NCBI GenBank assembly: GCA_002269645.1
Contig: NIVC01000598.1
Span: 532,286-596,285, forward strand
Length of the DNA stretch: 64,000 nt
Direction: 5' to 3'
Source of the DNA: Macrostomum lignano
Lineage: Eukaryota
Both the position numbers and the translations under genes were made by a program. This document shows positions 12,235 through 24,211 of the stretch, piece by piece. The notes beneath the pieces were generated by a model, which did no database searches, was not told where the DNA came from, and was given only the letters and a program-made list of their open reading frames with translations. Within the stretch, counting starts at the first letter, position 1, and each line of letters opens with the position of its first letter.

Positions 12235-12689
12235 TGCCGTTAGGGCGAAAACCGGCCGCGTGACGCCGCAGCCTCTGAAGGTAAAATAAAGTAAGTGGCC
12301 AGCTTCCCGAGTAGGGCTCATGTGCGTTCAATTACATGTATTTGGCGAGCCGCCAACCAGTGGTTGCATGGATTTCCGACTGACTTCAATTTGATGATGA
12401 AGCTGAGTTCAAGAGCAAGAGATATCTGTTAATTGTCTTTTTTGCTGTGTTAGTGTTTGCGCGGTCTGTTTCTTTTCGATTTCCAAGTGAATGCATTTAA
12501 ATTTTAATTACAAGAATATAGTCGTAAAATTGTTTAATGTTAAATGTAATAAATGTTAATATACTCGTAGTTTTTTAGTTTTCCATTTTCACTATATACT
12601 GGTACATCTGCATTTGCACCATTTCAGGTCATATCTCCGGTACAGTACATCGAACTGAAAACCTAAGGGGAAGTAGAAAAGGTCGACTC

Positions 12690-13050
12690 AATGAGAGGCA
12701 GATTCAATGACTGAGGGAGCGGAGAGAGGCAGATTCAATGACTGAGGGAGCGGAGAGAGGCAGATTCAATGACTGAGGGAGCGGAGAGAGGCAGATTCAA
12801 TGACTGAGGGAGCGGAGAGAGGCAGATTCAATGACTGAGGGAGAGGAGAGAGGCAGATTCAATGACTGAGGGAGCGGAGAGAGGCAGATTCAATGACTGA
12901 GGGAGCGGAGAGAGGCAGATTCAATGACTGAGGGAGCGGAGAGAGGCAGATTCAATGACTGAGGGAGGGGAGAGAGGCAGATTCAATGACTGAGGGAGCG
13001 GAGAGAGGCAGATTCAATGACTGAGGGAGCGAGAGAGGTAGATTCAATTG
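12690..13050. repeat. 31-bp minisatellite (CAATGACTGAGGGAGCGGAGAGAGGCAGATT)n
   Basis: About 11 tandem units. Confidence 0.95.
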
Positions 13051-13281
13051 CTCAAATAACATTTGAAGCAGAAGGCGATTACTATAGACACATTTAAATA
13101 TAAATTTTCAGACAATACGCTGCTATTTCACAAGCCAAATATGCACAGACAAGCTGTCACCCAGCCTAAGCAGTAAATTTATGTTCAACGCGAATTCGTG
13201 CATAAAATACTACTAAAAAAGACGGAAAAGAAATCGACTCCGCGCTCCTCAGAGAGAAAGCAGACGGGCGAGTCACGGAAA

Positions 13282-14193
13282 TCACATGAAATCGTCGCTG
13301 TCATAGCCGCTCATGTCTTTATTGCTAACCATCTTGGACTCATCAAACAGCCTGTCGTAGGATTTCATCTGTTTCTCCTCCGCTTTGCGCTTCTTCTCCT
13401 CCTCGGCTGCTCGTTTCCGTTCCCGCTCGGCCGCTTTCAAATCCTGGCGCTCCCTGGCGTCCCGCTCCTCTCTGAGCGCGCGCAGGTCCGGGAACTCCTC
13501 GCGTTTGCTCTTCTCCAATGGCTTCAACAGCTGAGGCACCCGGCGCTCCACGTGCACCTTGCGGACCTGCTTGCTCTTGTGGAAGCCCACCTGGCCAACC
13601 GCCATATCTCCCGTCTTCTTCAGATTGTCCCACATGGTGTACACAATATCCACATTGTTCTGCTTGCTGCCCTCGATGCTGTTGGCTTTCACAAGCTGGG
13701 CGCAGGCGTCAATCACCTTCGGGATGAGTGGGGGATATCGGGTATTATAGGCTGCCACTCTGTGAATGGCAAGTTTTTAACCCACCACCTGCTTCTTTTT
13801 ATTCCATTGGGATTTTTATCCCATCTTCCCTAAGAAGTCATTATCCTACATCGCCTTCATTGGGGATCATTATCCCACATTCCCTTCTTACTTTGAGGAT
13901 TCATTATCCCACATCCACTCTTACTTTGGGGATCATGATCCCACATCCCCTTATTACTCTGGTGATTATTGAGACAATTAAAAGTACATATAGCACACCT
14001 GAGTTGGCACGTCGTCGAGAGTCTCGCCAGGCCGCAGCCGCAGATAGACGTGCGCGCTGCTGAGCTTGTCAACGTGAAACCAGACGTCCTCTGGCCAGCC
14101 CCAGCGAATTAGCTCCTCGTTCTCGTGCTTGTCAGCGCCCATGTACATTGTGTAGGGCGGGCTAACCAGGTCGCATGTGAAGTACAGCACCAT
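13282..14193 (-). CDS. CCDC25: Coiled-coil domain-containing protein 25 (NFACT-R domain), 209 aa
   Basis: Exons 14193-13999 and 13716-13282, phase 0. MVLYF...[37 protein letters not shown] and C-terminal [14 protein letters not shown] are hallmark CCDC25 sequence. Confidence 0.95.
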
Positions 14194-14261
14194 GACTTGT
14201 AGTTGCGATGCGCTGGAATTGGAAGTAAGGGTTCCACAAACTGCTTGCTTAAGCCTCACAC

Positions 14262-14768
14262 CTAATCACGTGACTTCAGCCAATAAAGTTTAAATCACGT
14301 GACTTCAGTCAATAAATAGCCTAAATCACGTGACTTCAGCCAAAAAAGCCTAAATCACGTGACTTCAGTCAATAAATAGCCTAAATCACGTGACTTCAGT
14401 CAATAAATAGCCTAAATCACGTGACTTCAGCCAATAAATAGCCTAAATCACGTGACTTCAGTCAATAAATAGCCTAAATCACGTGACTTCAGCCGATATA
14501 TAGCCTAAGTCACGTGACTTCAGCCGATATATAGCCTAAGTCACGTGACTTCAGCCAATAAATAGCCTAAATCACGTGACTTCAGCCAAAAAATAGCCTA
14601 AATCACGTGACTTCAGCCAATAAATAGCCTAAATCACGTGACTTCAGCCAATAAATAGCCTAAATCACGTGACTTAAGCCAAAAAATAGCCTAAATCACG
14701 TGACTTCAGCCGATATATAGCCTAAGTCACGTGACTTCAGCCAATAAATAGCCTAAATCACGTGACTT
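14262..14768. repeat. 31-bp minisatellite with 17 TCACGTGA E-boxes, upstream of CCDC25
   Basis: Unit AATCACGTGACTTCAGCCAATAAATAGCCTA; 17 CACGTG counted. Confidence 0.95.
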
Positions 14769-15859
14769 GTCCCACAAAGATACTACGAGCAATTATAATG
14801 GCAATAAAATAAAGCGTATTGACCGAATTAAAATGAACTTCACTCCAAGAGCTAATTGAGCTCCATTTAATAATTTTATTACAAACCCAAAAGCAATTTG
14901 TTGTAAGGTATATAGGTATATAGACACAAACTAGAATGCAATGGACTATTGCAACGACCGGTGGATGGAGGGCTGTAGCCGCCATATTAATTATGAATAC
15001 TACTTTTATATGCCTTATAAGATTTTATCTATCGGATACGCGAGAACCCGAGAGTCTAGCTGATTAAAAATGGACAATTTAAGAATAGCAGGATCATAAA
15101 TGACTCGAATGAGCCGTACTAAAACCTAGAAAAATTGGCTGAAGAGATCGGGAAGCTACAATTTCTCAAATCCCGATATGTAGCGAAAGATACTTTTAAA
15201 TTATATGAAATATTTCATTTGTATTGTAGCGAAAAATCTTAACAAAACTTGAATTTTTTATGTTATTACCTTTATTGCATTAGAAATGGGAGCAAATAAG
15301 CGCATCAGGCTACTGCTAGCAGCAGTTGAAACATTTTATGAGTAATAATTGAGAATCCCAAAAAATTTTGTAAGTTAGGATAATAGAGCACTTAAAAACC
15401 TGTAAAAAGAGCAAAAATTAGTAATAACATTGCGAACACTTTGAGCTAAAACTGCTCAAAATACGATGATTGCTCAATTTACAATTGCAGGTACATCATT
15501 GCTTGACAGGTGCATATATAAATATTTCAATTGAAAAATTGCAAATAAAAATACACAATCATAAACTTCAGACAGTACAGGTGAGAATTATCACAGGCAT
15601 TGTCGTTAAAACCGGTCACTACATGAATAATGAAATTACTATGCTAATTTTGGCAGGAGGAAGTACAATACATGTACTTTCACTTATCGGTATTACAAAT
15701 ATAAGCCTTTAGAATATATAGAGTACATAGCACCTTAAATTGCTCAGATACTAAAGACAAATTGTAAAAATCAGCTCCCAGCATTTTCAGTAGCACTTTG
15801 TCTTTATTTAACAGTTTAACAGATTTTCCTTTTTAACGTACCGAGAGACTAAGCTGTGA

Positions 15860-16497
15860 CTGTACATTGCACTGACTATTTAATGTACATTGGACTGACT
15901 AGCCAATGTACATTGGACTGACTAGCTAATGTAAATTGGACTGACTAGCTAATGTACATTGCACTGACTATTTAATGTACATTGCACTGACTAGCTAATT
16001 TACATTGCACTGACTAGCCAATGTACATTACACTGACTAGCTAATGTAAATTGCACTGACTAGCTAATGTACATTGTACTGATTAGCTAATGTACATTGC
16101 GCTGACTAGCTAATGTACATTGCACTAACTAGCCAATGTACATTGCACTGCCTAGCTAATGTACATTGCAGTGACTAGCCAATGTACATTGCACTGACTA
16201 GCTAATGTACATTGCACAGACTAGCCAATGTACATTGCGCTGACTAGCTAATGTACATTGCACTGACTAGCTAATGTACATTGCAGTGACTAGCCAATGT
16301 ACATTGCACTGACTAGCTAATGTACATTGCACAGACTAGCCAATGTACATTGCGCTGACTAGCTAATGTATTGATACATTGCACTGACTAGCTAATGTAC
16401 ATTGCACTGACTAGCTAATGTACATTGCACTAACTAGCCAATGTACATTGCACTGCCTAGCTAATGTACATTGCACTGACTAGCTAATGTACATTAA
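15860..16497. repeat. 23-bp minisatellite (GCTAATGTACATTGCACTGACTA)n
   Basis: Tandem units containing the palindrome AATGTACATT. Confidence 0.95.
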
Positions 16498-16650
16498 TCC
16501 TTTTCTGCATACATAAGTTTTACATGCTCCAACTCATAAAAAGCCTATTAGAATAGTTTCTGAACACTTTTTCATACATACTACTTATTAAGTAGGCAAA
16601 GTAGTATATATGATTCGAGAGTACTAGCAAACCTGGCTCCCAGTTAAAAA

Positions 16651-19573
16651 CTAGGCCTTGTTCTTAAATACTCTTAAACAGCCGTCGAAATCTGCGGTCA
16701 CAATAATCTCGCCTTTGGCGTCCCTCGGCAAGCTGCCACCGGAGGGCGCGGGCACGCGCACGGACTCTGGATCCGCTTGCTCGTAGCTGCGAGTGTTGCG
16801 TTTGTCCAGCACCAGCAGTGGCTGCGGCGAGAACACAGCGCAAGTGACCACGGCCGGGCTGGCCCGTATGGCCTCCCAGAATGCGTTTCGATCGCTGCGG
16901 ACTACGCTGAACCGCGATTGGCGCTTAAAGCCGTGCTCGGTGCGCCACAGGTAGAAACAGCTGTCCTCGGAGCCGCTGATCACGTATCTGCGTTTTTATG
17001 CGAGTGGCATAGCAACTGGGGATCTGAGATAGAGGCTGCCTTAGCAACTGAGGATATGGGATAGAGGCTGCCTTAGCAACTGGCGATCTGGGATAGAGGC
17101 TGCCTTAGCAACTGGGGATCTGGGATAGTAAAATGCCCTAGCAACTGGGGATCTGAGATAGAGGCTGCCTTAGCAACTGGGGATCTGGGATAGAGGCTGC
17201 CTTAGAAACTGGGGATCTGGGATAGAGGCTGCCTTAGCAACTGGGGATCTGGGATAGACGCTGCCTTAGAAACTGGGGATCTGGGATAGTAACATGCCTG
17301 ACTGGCCAGCAACTGGGGATCTGGGATAGTAACTTCCCTAGCAACTGGGGATCTGGGATAGAGGCCGCCCTAGCAACTGGGGATCTGGGATAGAGGCTGC
17401 CCTAGCAACTGGGGATCTGGGATAGTAACTGCCTTAGCAACTGGGGATCTGAGATAGAGGCTGTCTTAGCAACTGGGGATCTGGGAAAGAGGGCTGCCTT
17501 AGCAACTGGGGATCTGGGATAGTAACTGCCTTAGAAACTGGGGATCTGGGATAGTAACTGCCTTAGAAACTGGTAATCTGGGATAGTAACTGCCTTAGCA
17601 TGGTTAGCAACTGTGGATCTGGGATAGTAACTGCCTTAACAACCGGGATCTGGGATAGTAACTGCCTTAGCAACTGGGGATCTGGAATAGTAACTGCCTT
17701 AGCAACCGGGGATCTGGGATAGTAACTGCCTTAGCAACTGGGGATCTGGAGTGTGGCGATGGCTCATTCGTTTCTCTTCAAGGTCTCACCTGCCAGTGGG
17801 ACTGAAGTGCGCATTGATATGCGACTTATTGGTGGCTCCCTTGTACTTGCACACGACCTGATAATCTTTGAGGTCAATGAGCCTCTGTCTAGAGTCGTTG
17901 CTGCTAACCAGGATCCGATTGGCGTCACCAGGCATGGTCTCGATGCCTGTCACCTGTCAGTCAATTGACAAATAGCCAATCGGGTTTGCGCATTAAAATT
18001 TAATAGCAAACTGAATCTTCCTTAATTATTTGCACGACACCCAGAGTGACAAATTGACACCCAGAGTGACAGATTGACATCCAGAGTAACAAATTGACAT
18101 CCAGAGTGACAGATTGACATCCAGACTGACAAATTGACATCCAGAGTGACAGATTGACATCCAGAGTGACAGATTGACATCCAGACTGACAAATTGACAC
18201 CCAGAGTGACAGATTGACATCCAGAGTGACAGATTGACATCCAGAGTGACAGATTGACATCCAGACTGACAGATTGACATCCAGACTGACAAATTGACAC
18301 CCAGAGTGACAGATTGACACCCAGAGTGACAAATTGACACCCAGAGTGACAAATTGACACCCAGAGTGACAAATTGACACCCAGAGTGACAAATTGACAC
18401 CCAGAGTGACAAATTGACATCCAGAGTGACAAACTGACACCCAGAGTGACAAAATGACAACCAGACTGACAAATTGACATCCAGAGTGACAAATTGACAC
18501 CCAGAGTGACAAACTGACACCCAGAGTGACAAATTGACATCCAGAGTGACAGATTGACACCCAGAGTGACAAATTGACACCCAGAGTGACAAATTGACAC
18601 CCAGAGTGACAGATTGACATTCAGAGTGACAAATTGACACCCAGAGTGACAGATTGACATCCATAGTGACAAACTGACATCCAGAGTGACAGATTGACAT
18701 CCAGACTGACAAATTGACATCCAGAGTGACAGATTGACATTCAGTGACAGATTGACATCCAGAGTGACAGATGACACCCAGAGTGACAGATTGACATTCA
18801 GAGTGACAAATTGACATCCAGAGTGACAAATTGACATCCAGAGTGACAGATTGACATTCAGAGTGACAAATTGACACCCAGAGTGACAGATTGACATCCA
18901 GAGTGACAGATGACACCCAGAGTGACAAATTGACATCCAGAGTGACAAATTGACACCCAGAGTGACAAATTGACATCCAGAGTGACAGATTGACATCCAG
19001 AGTGACAGATTGACATCCAGACTGACAAATTGACATCCAGAGTGACAAATTGACATACATTCAGAGTGACAAATTGACACCCAGTGTGACAGATTGACAC
19101 AGTAACAGTTAAATCCAATTGAATTAGAGCAAAAAAGTCACCTTGAAAAATCCCCTATTCCTCTTTCTCCTCTTCACGGTGCTCTCCTTGTACAGATCGA
19201 TCAGGGTGTGGTAGGACAACTTCTCAGCCGTATCGTAGAACATCACCCGGCCATCGTAGGTGCCAACAGCCAATAATTGGCCACCCCGGCAGAAGCACAG
19301 CGCCGTGATCATATTGGTGTGCCTGGTTGGCACCTGACGCCAAGCCGAAACCTTCTTGTCCGACAGGCTCCACAGCCTCAGCTTGCCGTCCATGCTGCCC
19401 GACACGAACACGCGGTCGTCTTTGGGGTGGAAGGCGATGGCAGGCACGTAGTCGGAGTGGGAGAAGCTGCACAGGCAGTCCTGCTTGTGCACGTGCCACA
19501 GGCGGACCTGCAGTAGGGAAAGGGCGGGAGAGCAGAGCGGCTAACAAGCACTGAAACTCACCAGTATAAACTC

Positions 19574-19649
<76 letters not shown>

Positions 19650-19670
19650 CAGCCAGACAAACAGACAGGC

Positions 19671-19743
<73 letters not shown>

Positions 19744-19782
19744 TACACTAAGACAGACAGACAGACAGACAGACAAGACAGC

Positions 19783-19875
<93 letters not shown>

Positions 19876-19899
19876 GGACAGACAGACAGACATACACTA

Positions 19900-19995
<96 letters not shown>

Positions 19996-20003
19996 GTACA
20001 CTA

Positions 20004-20095
<92 letters not shown>

Positions 20096-20096
20096 G

Positions 20097-20171
<75 letters not shown>

Positions 20172-20172
20172 G

Positions 20173-20243
<71 letters not shown>

Positions 20244-20247
20244 CAGC

Positions 20248-20296
<49 letters not shown>

Positions 20297-23200
20297 CAGC
20301 CAGACAGACAGACAGACAGACAGACGGACAGACAGACAGACAGCCAGACAGACAGACAGACAAGCCACCCAGACAGCCGCCAGTCCCCACCGTGCAGTCC
20401 ATGGAGGCGCTGAGCAGGAAGAGGTTCCTAGACCAGCTCAAATCCAGCACGGGCGCCTCGTGGCCGCGGCAGACCAGGAACGGCTTGGACCGGAAGGGAC
20501 TCTTCCTAGAATTCTCCAACTCGTCGTCGGCCACGCTACTCCAGCCCTCGCTCTCGGCGGCGCCGCTAGCCGAAGAAACGCTGTCCAAGAAGTCGTCGTC
20601 ATCGTTGCTGATGGCCGCCTCCGTCCGGCTCATCAGGCGAACAATGGTGGACGAGCCCGAGGAAGCGGCCTCGAACCGGGCTGAGATTCTCTGCCTGGCA
20701 GCGTCGTACCGCCTGTAGTGAGTTCGAAGCACGAACATTCTCACGGCGTTGTCGTTGCAGCCTGTCGCTAGGAACACGCCGCATGGGGAGAAGCGCAGGC
20801 ACCAGACTGTGGCGCAGTGCTCGTGTCGGATCTCCTGCACCAGCTTGATGTTGATGAAGTCTTTGTCGCCTTTTTTAGCGCGGGCGGCTCTGCGGTAAGC
20901 AATGCCGGGGAGGCGAACCTTGTATTTTAGGGAAATTGAGCCTAATCTCACTGCTCTGTGTCTAATCTCACTGCTCTGTGTCTAATCTCCCTGCGACCCT
21001 GCTCTGTGTCTAATCTCACTGATGTGTCTAATCTCACTGCCCTGTGTCTAATCTCACTGCCCTGTGTCTAATCTCACTGATGTGACGATGTGTCTAATCT
21101 CACTGCCCTGTGTCTAATCTCACTGCTCAGTTCCTAATCTCACTGCTCTGTGCCTAATCTCACTGATGTGTCTAATCTCACTGCTTTGTGCCTAAACTCA
21201 CTGCTCTGTGCCTAATCTCACTGATGTGTCTAATCTCACTGCTCTGTGACTAATCTCCCTGCTCTGTGTCTAATCTCACTGATGTGTCTACTCTCACTGC
21301 TCTGTCCCTAATCTCACTGCTCTGTGTCTAATCTCACTCCCCAGTGTCTAATCTTACTGCTCTGTGTCTAATCTCACTGCTCTGTGTCTAATCTCACTCC
21401 CCAGTGTCTAATCTTACTGCTCTGTGTCTAATCTCACTGCTCTGTGTCTAATCTCACTTCTGGTGTCTAATCTCACTCCTCGGTGTCTAATCTCACTCCT
21501 CAGTTGCTAATCTCACGCCTCAGTGTCTATCTCACGCCTCAGTGTCTAATCTCACTCCTTAGTGTCTAATCTCACTTTTTAGTGTCTAATCTCACTCCTT
21601 AGTGTCTAATCTCACTCCTTAGTTTCTAATCTCACTCCTTAGTGTCTAATCTCACTCCTTAGTGTCTAATCTCACTCCTTAGTGTCTAATCTCACTCCTT
21701 AGTGTCTAATCTCACTCCTTAGTGTCTAATCTCACTCCTCAGCGGCTAATCTCACTGCTTAGTGTCTAATCTCTCTCGACGATGTCTAATCTCTTTTGAA
21801 CGTGCCTAGTCTCACTCTTTGCTATCTAGCTAAAGCCGCTTCATCATATGACGTCGAATTCGAAGCCGCAAACAGAACCGAGCCCACCACCCTCACCTGA
21901 ACTTCATGCCCTTGCTCAAATCCAGACAATAGTCAAGCTCCTCGTCCGACTCGGCCACCTGATGTCCGACATGACCCGGCCGGCCGTCCTGTTTGCGAAG
22001 CCGCCTACGAAACCCGGCCGCCTGGTCCAGTGCGTGCGCCAGCACCCGACCGATACTGGCGAATGGGCCGGTCGAGCGGAGGCCGGCCGAGCTGCCACCG
22101 TCCGAGTTGTCCGCAGAAGCGGCGGACGTTGCTGAAGTGGCGGCGGCTGTAGCGGGAGCCGATGCCCCGCCAGCAGCGGCCGGAGGAGCAGCAAACGAAC
22201 TCGGACCCGACGTTGAGACAGCGACAGGCGCTCCGTTACCGCCGTCAGGATCGGCTTCAACGCCACAAGGATCGTCTAGCTGACGGGCCGACAGAGTCGC
22301 CGCGCGTTCAATCATTGGCGCGTCCAGTGGAAACCGCGGCGGCTGCTGTGGCGGCTGAGTTGGCGGCGGCAACGACGACGGAAGCTCATCAGGTGGTGTC
22401 GGCGCCGCGGGCACTGACGGTGGCAGGGTAACAGTGCGAGGGTCGGGCAATCGGCGGCCACTGTCGAAATCGTCTTGCATGGCGGCGGCTGCGGCGGCGG
22501 CTGCAGTCAGCGTGTCGCAGGGCACCGCCTGAGGCAACGGCGGCGGCGTCGACTCGCGGTTCATCGACGATGGCATGGTGGCAGCGTGCAGGCGGAACGC
22601 GGGCATCGAGGGCGGACGCAGCGGCTGCGGCTCGCCAGCGGGATCGCAGAAGGCTGACGAGGACATATCGGGGGAGCCGTCTGGAACGGAGCTGGCGGCG
22701 TGGCGGCGAGCGGATTCGGGCAGCTGAGGGGAAGCGGAGTCGTCGCCTGGACAGTCAAAGAAGATCTCTGAGTCGGAGCCTTCTTCTTCTCTTTCATTAT
22801 TGTCTTCTTTTGCGGCAGCCTCGTTTGACGAGGAGGCTGGCAGTGTTGGGCACTTCCGTTACCGAGTAACTTGCAAATGGTAACGCAAGTTACTTTTTCG
22901 TAAAGCGTTCCTTACGCAAGTTACTTTTTTATTTTAGTAACGGAGTAACGGTAAGTTACTCAAATTTCGGAAGTCCGTTACAGTTACTTTGCAACAATCG
23001 CAATATTTAAATTTAAAACTGAAATGCTTAGCTATTACGCCGGTTATCACATGTTTTTGCATTTTTCATTCCTAAATTCAAAATTAAGTGAATAGTATCA
23101 TATGGTATTGTGCTTAAATTAATGAAGAAAAACTTGAAACATGTTTTACTTTGTTATAATTTCGGTAAAATATTTTTGCCTTTCATTTTCAAGTTACTAA

Positions 23201-23712
23201 AAATTTTGAAGTTTGATTCAAACAAACAACCAAAGAAATAAATTCATCTGTAGCCTCCACAAGTCCTTCCACTGGCACTGCAGTACACTACACCATTTTA
23301 TACAGTTCTATTTATTTTACTCTATTGAATTATTGATATTAGTTTATTTTATCATTTATAATTTTAATTATTGATTGCCATTGCCCATTGGTCCTTCTAA
23401 TTGCCTCACATCGTGTCGCCAATTCCTGTCTCTGTCTGTTAATCGGTTAATCTCAATGCCCAACGGCAAATTTTGGTAACAACAATGTGAAAAAATGTGC
23501 AATGTGAAAAAACAGAAAATTTTGTTAATAACATGGGTAACGGAAGTGAGTAACGGATAGTAACTTAAAAGTTATCGGGTTTTTGTCTAAAGTTACTAGG
23601 CTAACGTAAGTTACTTTTTAAAAATTGGTAACTTAATTTACAGTAACGCAAGTTACTTTTTTTGAGTAACTTGCCCAACACTGGAGGCTGGTGCAGTCAG
23701 TAGCGCGGCAGA
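16651..23712 (-). CDS. WDR44: WD repeat protein 44 (Rab11 effector); first exon interrupted by a hAT MITE
   Basis: Exons (23712-23692 + 22840-21897), 20889-20391, 19507-19142, 17953-17790 and 16987-16651 have consistent phases, giving about 777 aa if the MITE is removed. FFAT-like [12 protein letters not shown]; KFR|[29 protein letters not shown]; [29 protein letters not shown]; [20 protein letters not shown] are WDR44-typical. Confidence 0.9.
17010..17750. repeat. 32-bp minisatellite (GCAACTGGGGATCTGGGATAGAGGCTGCCTTA)n, WDR44 intron 4
   Basis: Seen directly. Confidence 0.93.
18035..19100. repeat. 20-bp minisatellite (CCAGAGTGACAAATTGACAC)n, WDR44 intron 3
   Basis: Seen directly. Confidence 0.97.
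19573..20365. repeat. (ACAG)n microsatellite, WDR44 intron 2
   Basis: Seen directly. Confidence 0.98.
20940..21815. repeat. 20-bp minisatellite (CTAATCTCACTGCTCTGTGT, grading to CTAATCTCACTCCTTAGTGT), WDR44 intron 1
   Basis: Seen directly; the unit changes along the array. Confidence 0.95.
22841..23683. mobile_element. Non-autonomous hAT element
   Basis: TIRs CAGTGTTGGGCA / TGCCCAACACTG. Perfect 8-bp TSD GAGGCTGG at 22833-22840 and 23684-23691. Many subterminal GTAAC/GTTAC motifs. Confidence 0.92.
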
Positions 23713-23895
23713 CTAGAATAAATTTGTTTGGCAATGTGAGGTTCGAACAAAAAGGTATTTAAAGGCCCTGTTTGCATAGCAATTTTGAAGTAGGCCCAAT
23801 GGGAACTGTGCTTAGATAAATATATATACAATGAACTTGGTTAATATACAGCTCTATTGAGCAATGGCTAGACTTATACTATTAATATATGTAAC

Positions 23896-24211
23896 CATAC
23901 ATGCACAACAGTCGGCCGAGTCGGCCGATTCGGCCGACCGATTTGGCGGCCAAACAAGGAAGTCGCAAAAATGCCCACCCGAAAAATACCCAAGTAGTAG
24001 TACTAAGTAGCTGACGAGGCATTTTGACTCAATAAGACAGTTATAGTTACTCCCGCCATTTAGCCAAAGTAGCGTTAATTTTGCTTTATGCTAGGGTTTT
24101 TTTACTTGTAAGTTGCATTTTTGGCCAAAAACTACGTTGCATATTTTTGTTAAAATGAAGTCGCATGGCTGACCGAATGGCCGACTGAATTTTAGAGGTT
24201 GCGCATGTATG
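23896..24211. mobile_element. hAT-like MITE (316 bp)
   Basis: TIRs CATACATGCACAAC / GTTGCGCATGTATG (1 mismatch). 8-bp TSD TATGTAAC at 23888-23895 and 24212-24219. Subterminal TCGGCCGA repeats. Confidence 0.88.

Noticed and set aside
18000-20370. Long Cys/Ser/Val/Leu-rich ORFs ([16 protein letters not shown] repeats)
   Set aside because: Intronic 20-bp and ACAG repeats; the true exons splice around them in phase.
20890-20918. Alternative WDR44 acceptor ATACAAG| at 20918
   Set aside because: It is phase 0 whereas the upstream donor is phase 2. The CCGCAG| acceptor at 20889 fits both phase and homology.
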